Position numbers and translations under genes: made by a program | DNA from: Mycobacterium heidelbergense | Lineage (GTDB): Bacteria > Actinomycetota > Actinomycetes > Mycobacteriales > Mycobacteriaceae | Assembly: GCF_010730745.1 (NCBI RefSeq) | Contig: NZ_AP022615.1 | Location: forward strand, 3,353,512 to 3,385,511 | Reading direction: 5' to 3' | Length of the DNA: 32,000 nucleotides | In this document: positions 16,905 to 26,148 of the stretch, piece after piece | Numbering within the stretch: the first letter of the stretch is position 1 | Layout: each line of letters starts with the position of its first letter | Notes under the pieces: generated by a model | Told to the model about the DNA's origin: nothing | The model's input: only the letters and a program-made list of their open reading frames with translations | Databases searched by the model: none

Positions 16905-18494
16905 CTAGGCCGGGCGTTCGGTCACCCGCAGCCCCAGCGAAAACACCAGCCGCACTTCGGGGTCGGACAGCGAGGCCGATAACAGCTTCTCGATCCGCCG
17001 CACCCGGTAGCGCACGGTGTTGGGATGCACTCGCAGCGACTGCGCGGCGGCGCCGATGTCACCGAAGCTGTCCAGATAGGTCCGCAGCGTCTCGGCCAGC
17101 ACAGGGTTCCGCTCGCGCAGGTCGCGGATTCGCGGATCAACCAGTCGCTCGTCGGCGCCGACCACGGTGACGATCTCGTCGAGCAAAACGGTGGTGCGCG
17201 CCTCGGCCAGCGACGTGACCTGCCCAATCGAAACCGGGTGTCGCTCGGCGCTATCGAGCACGCGGTCGACCTCGGCGCGCGCCGCGGCAACCTCCGCCAC
17301 TCCGGCGACCGGCGCGGCGATGGCGGCCCGCAGTTCGACGCCCATTTCGGTGCGCAGGGCGCCGATCGTGCCGCGGACCCACGAGGCGACCGACCGCGTC
17401 GTCGCGGCCTGGGGTAGCAGCGCATAGATTCGCGACCCGCGCGACGCCACCTGGGCATCGCGGCGAAAAGCGCTGGCGCTTAACGCTAAGACGTCGGACA
17501 GCCGGGGATGACGGGCCCCGGCGTCGGCGGTGTCCCAGCCGATCAGGGCGGCGGCGCCGTCGGCGGTGAGGCCAAGCTCGCGGGCGATGGCCGCCACGTC
17601 GGCGGGCTCGCCGTCCGTCAGGCCCAGAAGTTGCTGAACCCGCCGCGCGTGCGTGGACGGCCGGGCCGCCAGCCGAAACATGATGCGGGCGGCCAGAATC
17701 GCCGCGCCGCGCAACATCTCCTCGGCGTCGTCGGCCAGGGGTTGCGACCCCTGCTGCACCCAGATGGTGCCGGTGAACACCGGCGGTCGGCGCGCGCCGG
17801 CGGGCGGCTGATGAATCCCGATCGCCAGCCGCGGGCGCAGGCCCAACTCCGGACGCTCGGCGACGCGCACCACCTCGCCGCCGGCCCGTAGCGCATCGAA
17901 GATGCCCCACTGGCCGATCCACTCCAAATGCTCGGGCGGCCCGGCGCGGCCAAGGATGGAAAGGCGGCGCAGCTCGTCGGCCTCGTCGTTGGAGGCCGAA
18001 TAGGCCAGCACATGCGACTGGGCGTCCTCGATGCTGACCATGCCGTGGATGCGCTCGGCCAGCGACTGTGCCAGACCGAACAGGTCGGTGCCCGAGTCGT
18101 CCACCGGGTCCCCGTGGTGCTCCAGCACGCGGTTGACCAACTGGTAGAGCCGCTCCCACCGGGCCCTTGGCTCGACGGCCACCACCGCCGACCCGGCGGC
18201 GACCGCCGCGGCCACCAGCGCGGCCGACGGCTTCTTGGCGAAGATCGCCGCCGGCACGCGCTCCCGCGCCTGCTTGACCATCCACTGCAGCGCCTCGTCG
18301 TCGGTGACCCCCAGCAGGAAGAAGACGTCGGCGGAGCCTGCCGCCGCCGCCAGGCCCAGCCGCACGTCGTCGGAATCGATCAGCGCCGCCGAGCCCACCG
18401 GAAGGTCCAGGCCCCTCGGCGCGTCCACCAGGCTGACCAGGGTCGCGTCCAGCGCGAGCACCAGTTGACCCAACCCGACGCCGGCCACTCCCAT
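16905..18494 (-). CDS. pruC: PucR/CdaR-family transcriptional regulator, divergent from pruA (PruC-like proline-utilisation activator)
   Basis: C-terminal PucR-type HTH (AAQSLRVHPNTVRYRVRRIEKLL). 529 aa. It is divergently arranged 83 bp from pruA, as described for the mycobacterial pruC-pruAB locus (Rv1186c-Rv1188 arrangement). Confidence 0.7.
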   Translation of the reverse strand: MGVAGVGLGQLVLALDATLVSLVDAPRGLDLPVGSAALIDSDDVRLGLAAAAGSADVFFLLGVTDDEALQWMVKQARERVPAAIFAKKPSAALVAAAVAAGSAVVAVEPRARWERLYQLVNRVLEHHGDPVDDSGTDLFGLAQSLAERIHGMVSIEDAQSHVLAYSASNDEADELRRLSILGRAGPPEHLEWIGQWGIFDALRAGGEVVRVAERPELGLRPRLAIGIHQPPAGARRPPVFTGTIWVQQGSQPLADDAEEMLRGAAILAARIMFRLAARPSTHARRVQQLLGLTDGEPADVAAIARELGLTADGAAALIGWDTADAGARHPRLSDVLALSASAFRRDAQVASRGSRIYALLPQAATTRSVASWVRGTIGALRTEMGVELRAAIAAPVAGVAEVAAARAEVDRVLDSAERHPVSIGQVTSLAEARTTVLLDEIVTVVGADERLVDPRIRDLRERNPVLAETLRTYLDSFGDIGAAAQSLRVHPNTVRYRVRRIEKLLSASLSDPEVRLVFSLGLRVTERPA

Positions 18495-18577
18495 ATTGTT
18501 TGATCGTACTACTTAGCCCAGTAGATCTTGTCTGAACAGCTAATACGACGCGCCGCCGCGCCGGGGATCCTGGCAGC

Positions 18578-20209
18578 ATGGACGCGATCACCCAGGTGCC
18601 GATACCGGCCAACGAGCCGGCCCATGACTACGCGCCGCGTTCCCCGGAACGCGCCCGGCTGCTCGACGAACTCGCCGCGCAGGCCGACCACCCGATCGAC
18701 CTTCCGCACGTCATCGGCGGCAAACACCGGATGAGCGACGGCGAGCGGATCGACGTCGTCCAGCCGCACCGGCACGCCGCGAGGCTGGGCACGCTGACCA
18801 ACGCCGTGCACGCCGACGCGGCGGCGGCCATCGAGGCCGCGACGGCCGCCAAGAACTCCTGGTCCGCAATGCCTTTCGACGAGCGCGCCGCGGTGTTCCT
18901 GCGTGCGGCCGACCTGCTGGCCGGGCCGTGGCGGGAGAGGATCGCGGCCGCCACGATGCTCGGTCAATCCAAATCCGCCTACCAGGCCGAGATCGACGCG
19001 CCGTGCGAGCTCATCGACTTCTGGCGGTTCAACGTCGCATTCGCCCGCCAGATCCTGGCGCAGCAGCCGATCAGCGGACCCGGCGAGTGGAACCGCAGCG
19101 ACTACCGCCCGCTGGACGGCTTCGTCTACGCGATCACGCCGTTCAACTTCACCTCGATCGCCGGGAACCTGCCGACCGCGCCGGCGCTGATGGGCAACAC
19201 CGTGGTGTGGAAGCCGTCGATCACCCAGACGCGGTCGGCCTATCTGCTCATGCAGCTGCTCGAGGCGGCGGGGCTGCCGCCCGGCGTCCTCAACCTGGTC
19301 ACCGGCGACGGCTTCGCGGTTTCCGATGTGGCACTGGCCGATCCGCGGCTGGCCGGCATTCACTTCACCGGGTCGACGGCTACCTTCCAGCAGCTCTGGC
19401 AGCGGGTGGGCGCCAATATCGGCCGCTACCACAGCTATCCGCGGCTGGTCGGCGAGACCGGCGGCAAGGACTTCGTCGTCGCGCACGCCTCGGCGCGGCC
19501 GGATGTGTTGTGCACGGCGCTGATTCGCGGGGCGTTCGACTACCAGGGCCAGAAGTGCTCGGCGGCGTCGCGGGCGTTTATCCCGCATTCGCTGTGGCGG
19601 CGCATGGGCGACGACTTCCTGGGCGCGACCGCCGCGCTGCGCTACGGCGACGTCACCGACCTGACCAACTTCGGCGGTGCGCTGATCGACCGGCATGCCT
19701 TCGTCAAGAACGTCAACGCCATCGAGCGGGCGAAGGGCGCGCCCGGCGTCACCATCGCGGTGGGAGGCGAATACGACGACAGGATCGGGTATTTCGTGCG
19801 ACCGACCGTGTTGCTGTCCGACGACCCGGCCGACGAATCGTTTGCGACCGAGTACTTCGGCCCGCTGCTGTCGGTGCACGTCTACCCCGACGACCAGTAC
19901 GGACGAATCCTCGACGTCATCGACACCGGATCCCGTTACGCGCTGACCGGCGCGGTCATCGCCGACGACCGCGCCGCCGTGCTGACCGCGCAGGACCGGC
20001 TGCGGTTCGCCGCCGGGAATTTCTACGTCAACGACAAGCCGACCGGCGCGGTGGTCGGGCGCCAGCCGTTCGGCGGCTCGCGCGGCTCGGGCACCAACGA
20101 CAAGGCCGGATCGGTGCTGAACCTGTTGCGCTGGACGTCGGCCCGCACCATCAAGGAGACGTTCGTCCCGGCCACCGACCACACCTACCCGCACATGGCG
20201 GCGAAGTGA
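18578..20209 (+). CDS. pruA: L-glutamate gamma-semialdehyde (1-pyrroline-5-carboxylate) dehydrogenase
   Basis: 543 aa in the aldehyde dehydrogenase superfamily. It has VGETGGKDF (catalytic Glu region), YQGQKCSAASR (catalytic Cys) and the C-terminal PFGGSRGSGTNDKAG typical of P5C dehydrogenases. Confidence 0.9.
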   Translation: MDAITQVPIPANEPAHDYAPRSPERARLLDELAAQADHPIDLPHVIGGKHRMSDGERIDVVQPHRHAARLGTLTNAVHADAAAAIEAATAAKNSWSAMPFDERAAVFLRAADLLAGPWRERIAAATMLGQSKSAYQAEIDAPCELIDFWRFNVAFARQILAQQPISGPGEWNRSDYRPLDGFVYAITPFNFTSIAGNLPTAPALMGNTVVWKPSITQTRSAYLLMQLLEAAGLPPGVLNLVTGDGFAVSDVALADPRLAGIHFTGSTATFQQLWQRVGANIGRYHSYPRLVGETGGKDFVVAHASARPDVLCTALIRGAFDYQGQKCSAASRAFIPHSLWRRMGDDFLGATAALRYGDVTDLTNFGGALIDRHAFVKNVNAIERAKGAPGVTIAVGGEYDDRIGYFVRPTVLLSDDPADESFATEYFGPLLSVHVYPDDQYGRILDVIDTGSRYALTGAVIADDRAAVLTAQDRLRFAAGNFYVNDKPTGAVVGRQPFGGSRGSGTNDKAGSVLNLLRWTSARTIKETFVPATDHTYPHMAAK

Positions 20210-21168
20210 TGGCCGGGGCGTTCGCCAACACCCTTCGGCCGGCGATCATGGCCGCCGGCCGGCGGGAGGGATTGCGCCGGACCGCCGAACGGCTGCCGGT
20301 CACCCGCAAGGTCGTGCACCGGTTCGTGCCGGGGGAGACGATCGCGTCCGCGATGGATGTCGTTGCCGCCCTGCGTGAGTCGGGACGTTACGTCAGCGTC
20401 GACTATCTGGGCGAGGGCGTCTCCGACGTCGACGACGCCGACGCGGCGGTGCGCGTCTACCTGGATCTCATCGAAAAACTGCGCCGCCCCGACGATTTCG
20501 CGGCCATCCGACCGCTGGAGGTCTCGGTCAAGTTGTCCGCGCTCGGGCAGTCGCTGCAGCGCGACGGAGACAAGATCGCCCGGGAGAACGCCTGGTCGAT
20601 CTGTGACGCCGCGCAGCGCGCCGGCCTCTGGGTCACCGTGGACGCCGAGGACCACACCACCACGGAGTCGACGCTGTCCATCGTCCGCGACCTGCGGGCC
20701 GACTTCCCTTGGCTGGGCACGGTTTTGCAGGCCTACCTGCGGCGCACCCTCGGCGACTGCCAGGAATTCGCCGTGTCCGGGGCCCGGATCCGACTCTGCA
20801 AGGGCGCCTACGACGAGCCGGCGTCGGTGGCCTACCGAGACCGCGCCGAGGCCACCGAGTCGTATCTGGCCTGCCTCCGGGTGCTGATGGCCGGGTCGGG
20901 CTATCCGATGGTGGCCTCCCACGACCCGGCGATCATCGCCGCGGTCCCCGGCATGGCCCGCGAATCGGGCCGCGGCGTTGCGGATTTCGAATACCAGATG
21001 CTGTACGGCATCCGCGACGGCGAACAGCGACGGCTGGCAGGCTCCGGCAACCAGGTCCGGGTGTATGTGCCGTTCGGCACCCAGTGGTATGGATACTTCA
21101 TGCGGCGGCTCGCCGAGCGGCCGGCCAACCTGACGTTCTTCCTGCGGGCGCTGGCGCGGCGACGGTAG
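20209..21168 (+). CDS. pruB: Proline dehydrogenase
   Basis: ATG 20209 overlaps the pruA stop TGA 20207-20209 (GTG 20206 is also possible). Motifs SVKLSALG, VTVDAEDH, RLCKGAY and VYVPFG..WYGYFMRRLAERPANL are typical of monofunctional PutA-like proline dehydrogenases. Confidence 0.85.
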   Translation: MAGAFANTLRPAIMAAGRREGLRRTAERLPVTRKVVHRFVPGETIASAMDVVAALRESGRYVSVDYLGEGVSDVDDADAAVRVYLDLIEKLRRPDDFAAIRPLEVSVKLSALGQSLQRDGDKIARENAWSICDAAQRAGLWVTVDAEDHTTTESTLSIVRDLRADFPWLGTVLQAYLRRTLGDCQEFAVSGARIRLCKGAYDEPASVAYRDRAEATESYLACLRVLMAGSGYPMVASHDPAIIAAVPGMARESGRGVADFEYQMLYGIRDGEQRRLAGSGNQVRVYVPFGTQWYGYFMRRLAERPANLTFFLRALARRR

Positions 21169-21322
21169 GGCCGGCTGGTCGACCCGTCGAGTGTGCGTTC
21201 AGGGATTCGCGCGTGAGCCCTGGGCGGAAAATCCGCCGGATCGACGCCCTAGCGTCACACCGAAAGCCCACGCTTCACACTCAACGCAAGGGGCGCTATG
21301 CGAACGCACGGGGCACTAAGCG

Positions 21323-22768
21323 TCATGCGTCGATGATGGTCATTCCCACGCCGCTGGGGCTGTTCGAAATGTAGACCGGGTCCAGCGAGAAGAGGTAATT
21401 CCCGGTATTGAACGGGTCACTCGAGGACACGACATAGGGTGCGTCGGCGCCGGTGACGGTTTCCGAGTACAGCTCCTGACCGCCGCTGGTGTAGACCGTC
21501 AAAGTCGTTCCGGTCGGAACCGTATTGCCGGCCGAAACACCCGATATCAGGTTCGACGGGATGGCTCCGGTCAAGCCACCGGAATCGATGAACGCGCCGT
21601 TAGCGGTTTGCAGAGAACCGCCATCGATCTGTATCTCCAGGTTGGTCATCGGCGATCCGGTAAGGGTGGTAACGGGGGTCAGCGGGTTGGAGCCGAACTC
21701 CAGCAGACCCTGGGGTTCGTTGATGAGCACACCCTCGTCGAGGGTGCCCGGCAACGCCGAGGTCACCGGGGTGGAGATCGGATACCCGTCATTGGGCCCG
21801 ACGCCCAAAATGGCTGGCACCGAAGAGAGCTGGACAGGGTTTGTCACGCCATTGATCGTCTGGGTCGCTGAGGTGGCGACGTCGACGCTGGTCGGCGTCG
21901 TGACGATGCCATTCCCAAGGTTCACCGTCGTTTGGTACGTCTCGTAGTGGATCGTTTCATAGTTGACGCTGTCGCCGTAAGTGACGGCGCCCGACCCGGT
22001 GGGGTTGCCGAGGCTGGCTATGTTGACGTCTTGGCGTGGGAGCAGAAGACCGGTGGATCCGGTGTCAACTATCGCGCCCACGCTCGGTCCGCCGCCGACG
22101 GAGATGTTTACTATCGCGTTGCCGTATTGATCCACAGAGATGATGGTCTCGTTGGCCGCCAGAGGCGTGCTCACGCCGGTGGCCCCGACGACGCCCGACA
22201 GCAAGCCGGCGGCTCCTCCCGCCCCGCCAACACCGCCGGGCCCGCTGGCCCCGCCCGCGCCGCCGTTGCCCAACAACCATCCGCCGGCGCCGCCGGCGCC
22301 CCCGGCCGCTCCGCCGTAGGTGCTGTTGCCGCCGCTGCCACCGTTGCCGTACAACCATCCGCCGGCGCCACCCGGCGTCCCCACCCCTTGAGAATTGGTG
22401 TATCCGTTGGCGCCGTTGCCGATCAGCGGGCGCCCGGTCAGCTCCCGGACGGGCCCGCTGACCACGCCCGACAGCAGCTGCTGGATGTTGGTGGCCTCGG
22501 CGGCCGCATACGAATTCGCGTTCGTGGCCAGGGTGCCCGTGAACCAACCATGAAAGGCCGCGACCTGCCCGGCAAGCGCCTGATACTGCTGCCCGTACCC
22601 CGCGAATACCGCAGCCACGGCCGTCGAGACCTCGTCGGCGCCGGCGGCCACAAGCTGGGTGGTCGGAGTGGCAACCGCCGCGTGGGCCGCATCCAGTGCC
22701 GAGCCTATGCTTTCCAAATTCGTTGCTGCCGAAGACAACAGCTCAGGGGCTGCAACCAGAAGTGACAC
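21323..22768 (-). CDS. PE-PGRS family protein with C-terminal pepsin-like aspartic protease domain (PecA / PE_PGRS35-like)
   Basis: The N-terminal PE domain reads MSLLVAAPELLSSAATNLESIGSALDAAHAAVATPTTQLVAAGADEVS...YAAAEATN. A short GGAGG/GNGG linker follows. The C-terminal domain has two active-site-like motifs, IVDTGSTGLLLP and FIDSGGLTG. Confidence 0.85.
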   Translation of the reverse strand: MSLLVAAPELLSSAATNLESIGSALDAAHAAVATPTTQLVAAGADEVSTAVAAVFAGYGQQYQALAGQVAAFHGWFTGTLATNANSYAAAEATNIQQLLSGVVSGPVRELTGRPLIGNGANGYTNSQGVGTPGGAGGWLYGNGGSGGNSTYGGAAGGAGGAGGWLLGNGGAGGASGPGGVGGAGGAAGLLSGVVGATGVSTPLAANETIISVDQYGNAIVNISVGGGPSVGAIVDTGSTGLLLPRQDVNIASLGNPTGSGAVTYGDSVNYETIHYETYQTTVNLGNGIVTTPTSVDVATSATQTINGVTNPVQLSSVPAILGVGPNDGYPISTPVTSALPGTLDEGVLINEPQGLLEFGSNPLTPVTTLTGSPMTNLEIQIDGGSLQTANGAFIDSGGLTGAIPSNLISGVSAGNTVPTGTTLTVYTSGGQELYSETVTGADAPYVVSSSDPFNTGNYLFSLDPVYISNSPSGVGMTIIDA

Positions 22769-22941
22769 GCCAGCCTCCGCGGTCGTCTCGGCCTCATCTA
22801 ATGCCCCAGGTGCAGGGGCGTCCGTGAGGTCTTACCAGGTCACTGGCTGTTTGTCTAGAAAGTCTTACGTAGGAACATGCTCGGCGCGGCCGCGTGAGCG
22901 ATCCCTCCGGTTATCCACGTGCCAATTGGCAGCGAGTCTTT

Positions 22942-23023
22942 GCGGCAGATCCACGCGCCTCCTTGCGGCAGATCCACGCGCTACCTTGCGGCAGATCCAC
23001 GGGTAAGATGGCGGCAGATCCAC
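22942..23023. repeat. Four direct repeats with identical 13-bp core GCGGCAGATCCAC on an exact 23-bp period
   Basis: Cores lie at 22942-22954, 22965-22977, 22988-23000 and 23011-23023. The 10-bp inter-core segments diverge (GCGCCTCCTT, GCGCTACCTT, GGGTAAGATG). An ATCCACG half-copy lies at 22913-22919. The array ends 33 bp before ATG 23056. Confidence 0.9.
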
Positions 23024-23055
23024 ACGCGACGGTGGACCAGACGGCGGGAGCGTGG

Positions 23056-24339
23056 ATGCGAACCATACTTGGCCCGGCCTTGCCTAGACACGCCGAGGCC
23101 GCTGTGAACGCGGCACTGGAGGACACCCGGGTGGTGCTCGTCAACGGTGCCCGGCAAAGCGGCAAGAGCACTCTGGTTCGCCTCGTTGCAAAGGGCCGCG
23201 ACGCCGAATGGCGTGATCTCGATACCGCCTTGACCCGCCAGGCTGCGCTTGAGGATCCGGACGGCTTCGTCGACCAGCCCGGCCCGATGGTCATCGACGA
23301 GGTCCAACGAGCACCCGATCTGCTGCTGTCGATCAAGGCGCAAGTGGATGCAGACCCCACACCCGGGCGCTTCCTGCTGACGGGATCGGCGCGCGTGCTC
23401 GGCTTGCGATCCCTGCCCGACACTCTCGTGGGCCGAATGGAGACTATTGAGCTCTGGCCCTTCTCCCAGGGCGAGATCGACAGCGCCCCTGACGGATTCG
23501 TCGACGCCGTGTTCACCCAGGGCGACCTGGAGGCACCCTCCGCTTACGGGGGACTGCGCCACAGCTCTACGGTTTCACGAGCGGAGTACGCCGACCGACT
23601 TGTTCGCGGAGGCTTTCCTGAGGCAGTTGCGCGAACCAACGAGCGCCGACGCCGCAACTTTTTCAATTCCTACGTCGGCGATCTCATCGCGCGCGACGTG
23701 CAGCAATTGTCGGAGATCGAGCGAACAACCGAGATGCGCGCGCTTGTCCAGATGCTGGCCGCTCGATCGGGGCAGCTGCTGTCCATCGCCACATTGAGCA
23801 ACGAACTCGGACTCGGCGCCGCGACGGTGAAGAAGTATGTCGCACTGCTCGAAGAGGTCTTTCTCGTCAAGCGGATACCGGCGTGGTCCCGAAACATCAG
23901 CAGCAGAGCAACCACAACCCCCAAGCTCGCGTTCGTCGACTCCGGCATCGCGGCACACCAGATCGGCGCGGACGCCCGCAGCATCCTGCGGCCTACCGGT
24001 CAGTTCGGGCCGCTCCTCGAGGGATTCGTTCTGATGGAACTGGCACGCCAGCTGACCTGGTGCGAGGAAGAAGTTGCGCTCTTCCACTACCGAACCAGGG
24101 ATCAAGTTGAGGTCGATGCCGTACTCGAAAATCGGCGGGGCGACGTCGTGGGCATCGAGGTCAAAGCAGCATCTACGGTCGGGCCCAACGACTTCCGCGG
24201 ACTACGCCACCTCGCCCAGCGGATCGGCGACGATTTTCGTGCCGGCATCGTCATGCATACCGGACCGCAAACCCTGTCCTTTGGGCCAAAGATGCTCGCC
24301 GTACCGGTGAGTGCCCTGTGGCTGACAGCCACGGCCTGA
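23056..24339 (+). CDS. AAA-type ATPase with DUF4143-like C-terminal region
   Basis: Walker A is VNGARQSGKST and Walker B is MVIDEVQRAPDLL. The length (427 aa) and organisation are typical of AAA_14/DUF4143 ATP-binding proteins. Start placed at ATG 23056, because the 22894-23055 extension would translate the repeat array. Confidence 0.75.
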   Translation: MRTILGPALPRHAEAAVNAALEDTRVVLVNGARQSGKSTLVRLVAKGRDAEWRDLDTALTRQAALEDPDGFVDQPGPMVIDEVQRAPDLLLSIKAQVDADPTPGRFLLTGSARVLGLRSLPDTLVGRMETIELWPFSQGEIDSAPDGFVDAVFTQGDLEAPSAYGGLRHSSTVSRAEYADRLVRGGFPEAVARTNERRRRNFFNSYVGDLIARDVQQLSEIERTTEMRALVQMLAARSGQLLSIATLSNELGLGAATVKKYVALLEEVFLVKRIPAWSRNISSRATTTPKLAFVDSGIAAHQIGADARSILRPTGQFGPLLEGFVLMELARQLTWCEEEVALFHYRTRDQVEVDAVLENRRGDVVGIEVKAASTVGPNDFRGLRHLAQRIGDDFRAGIVMHTGPQTLSFGPKMLAVPVSALWLTATA

Positions 24340-24354
24340 CGGTGTCAACCGGCT

Positions 24355-24969
24355 TTATGCCCGCCTGGGCCGCGGGCGATCGCCGGCGAAGCCACGCACC
24401 ACGTGCGCGCGCACGAACTCGGCGACGACCTCGGGATCGTCCATGTCCAATGTCGACGACGGCGTGCTGAAGAGCGAAAACAGTATGCGCGCAAACCATT
24501 CGCCGGCGGCCCGCACGTCGAGGTCCTTGCGGACCTCACCGGTGAGCTTGGCGGCGGAGAGGTGGGGCGCGAAGAAGTCGACGCATTCGCGCAGCAGCAC
24601 GCCGGCGTCCTTGGTCAGCAGCAGGCTGATCGCGTCTTCGTCGAAGTATTTCCCGGACGCGATGGCGCGCCGCGCCTGCGTCACGAATACCGCTGCGTGG
24701 CTGAGCTTTTCCTCCAAGGACCCGCCCCGGTCCATCGCTTGGGACATCTCGCGGTAGAACTGCTCGGACGCGTGCTCGGCGCAGGCCTCGAGAACGGCAC
24801 CCTTGTCGCTGAAGTACTCGTAGACCGTGCTCCGGGATACGTTGGCGGTCCTAGCGATATCGACGATCGTCGTCTTCTGCAGCCCTTCTCGGCGGAAGCA
24901 CGCGTACGCGGACTCGACGATCAGCTCGCGGGTATCGGTCGCCTGGGTCAACGCGGAAGCCTGGGTCAT
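24355..24969 (-). CDS. TetR family transcriptional regulator (last gene of the P450-hydratase-aldolase operon)
   Basis: N-terminal HTH is GLQKTTIVDIARTANVSRSTVYEYFSDKGAV. 204 aa. The start ATG 24969 lies 9 nt after the upstream stop (24979-24981). Confidence 0.9.
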   Translation of the reverse strand: MTQASALTQATDTRELIVESAYACFRREGLQKTTIVDIARTANVSRSTVYEYFSDKGAVLEACAEHASEQFYREMSQAMDRGGSLEEKLSHAAVFVTQARRAIASGKYFDEDAISLLLTKDAGVLLRECVDFFAPHLSAAKLTGEVRKDLDVRAAGEWFARILFSLFSTPSSTLDMDDPEVVAEFVRAHVVRGFAGDRPRPRRA

Positions 24970-24978
24970 TCCGCACCC

Positions 24979-26148
24979 TCAGTCGACCGGCGCGAGAATC
25001 AGACCGCTGGTGGGCACGCCGGTCCCCGAGGTGACCAGCACGTGCTCGACGTTGTCGACCTGGTTGTAGGAGGTGCCGCGCACCTGGCGCACGCCCTCGG
25101 TGATGCCGTTCATGCCGTGGATGTAGGCCTCGCCGAGCAGCCCGCCGTTGGTGTTGATCGGCAGCTCGCCGCCGAGTGACAGCCGTTCGATGGTAGCGAA
25201 GTCCTTGGCCTCACCGCGCCCGCAGAAACCGAGCTCCTCGAGCTGGGTGAACACGAACGGCGTGAAATGGTCGTAGATGAAGGCGGTTTGGATGTCCTGC
25301 GGCTTGAGGCCCGAATCGCGCCACAGCCGTTCGGCGACCACCCCCATCTCGGGCAGCCCGGTGATGTCCTCGCGGTAGTAGCTGGTCATCATCTCGCCCT
25401 CGTAGGCCGCGCCCTGGGCGGCCGCGGTGATGATCGCCGGCGGCTGGCGCAGGTCGCGGGCGCGTTCGGCGCTGGTCACCACGAGCGCGACCCCGCCGTC
25501 GCTTTCCTGGCAGCAATCCAGCAGGCGCAGCACGGGTTCGACGATCCAGCGGGAACTCTGGTGGTTCGCCAGCGTGATGGGGCGCTGATAGAACCAGGCG
25601 TCGGGGTTGGTGGCCGCGTGCGCGCGGTCGACGACGGCGATGCGGCCGAAGTCCTCGTTGGTCACCCCGTACGTCGACATGTAGCGCTGGGCGTGCAGCG
25701 CGACCCACGCCGCGGGCGTGAGCAACCCGAAGGGCGCGTAATGCGCCATGAACAGCGGGGTTTCGGCGCTGGTGCGTCCGCTGCCGCCGAAGCGAAACCC
25801 GGACCGCTCGTTGAACGCGCGCCAGCACACCACCACGTCGGCCACGCCGGTCGCGACGGCCATCGCCGCGTGCACCACGGTGCCCGCCGCCGCCCCGCCG
25901 CCGTGGTGCACGCGGGAAAAGAAGTTCAGGTCGCCGATGCCCACGTTGCGGGCGACGTCGATCTCGTCGCTGGAGTCCATGGTGAACGTGACCATGCCGT
26001 CGACGTCGCCGGGCGCCAGGCCGGCGTCGTCGAGCGCGGCACTGACTGCCTCACAGGCCAATTGCAGCTCGCTGCGCCCGGATTCCTTGGAGAACTCGGT
26101 CTGGCCGATGCCCGCGATGGCGCAGCTGCCGGGCAGCGAGCTTCTCAT
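24979..26148 (-). CDS. Thiolase-fold lipid-transfer protein (SCP-x/Ltp2-like, probable retro-aldolase)
   Basis: 389 aa. It has AIAGIGQTEFSKESGRS and INTNGGLLGEAYIHGMNGI, typical of Ltp/SCP-x thiolase-like proteins. The region where thiolases carry the nucleophilic Cys reads HHGGGAAAGT (no Cys), as expected for Ltp2-type aldolases. ATG 26148 overlaps the upstream stop (ATGA). Confidence 0.8.
   Translation of the reverse strand: MRSSLPGSCAIAGIGQTEFSKESGRSELQLACEAVSAALDDAGLAPGDVDGMVTFTMDSSDEIDVARNVGIGDLNFFSRVHHGGGAAAGTVVHAAMAVATGVADVVVCWRAFNERSGFRFGGSGRTSAETPLFMAHYAPFGLLTPAAWVALHAQRYMSTYGVTNEDFGRIAVVDRAHAATNPDAWFYQRPITLANHQSSRWIVEPVLRLLDCCQESDGGVALVVTSAERARDLRQPPAIITAAAQGAAYEGEMMTSYYREDITGLPEMGVVAERLWRDSGLKPQDIQTAFIYDHFTPFVFTQLEELGFCGRGEAKDFATIERLSLGGELPINTNGGLLGEAYIHGMNGITEGVRQVRGTSYNQVDNVEHVLVTSGTGVPTSGLILAPVD

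Noticed and set aside
18503-18527. Small inverted repeat CTACT-N6-AGTAG flanked by GATC sites in the pruC/pruA divergent region
   Set aside because: The arms are only 5 bp and do not extend. This is too weak to call an operator without comparative or binding data.
17251-20194. 453-aa ORF (17251-18612, minus) and 561-aa ORF (18509-20194, minus) overlapping pruC and pruA
   Set aside because: These are high-G+C shadow frames. The pruC and pruA frames carry the PucR HTH and the ALDH catalytic motifs respectively.
22942-23023. Possible CRISPR array
   Set aside because: The repeats are only 13 bp with 10-bp 'spacers' and four copies on a 23-bp period, far below CRISPR repeat and spacer sizes. There are no cas genes in the window.
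22894-23055. Upstream extension of the ATPase ORF (GTG 22894) and small ORF 22919-23107
   Set aside because: These frames merely translate the 23-bp repeat array (reiterated LRQIH-like peptides). AAA/DUF4143 proteins normally begin shortly before the Walker A motif, consistent with ATG 23056.
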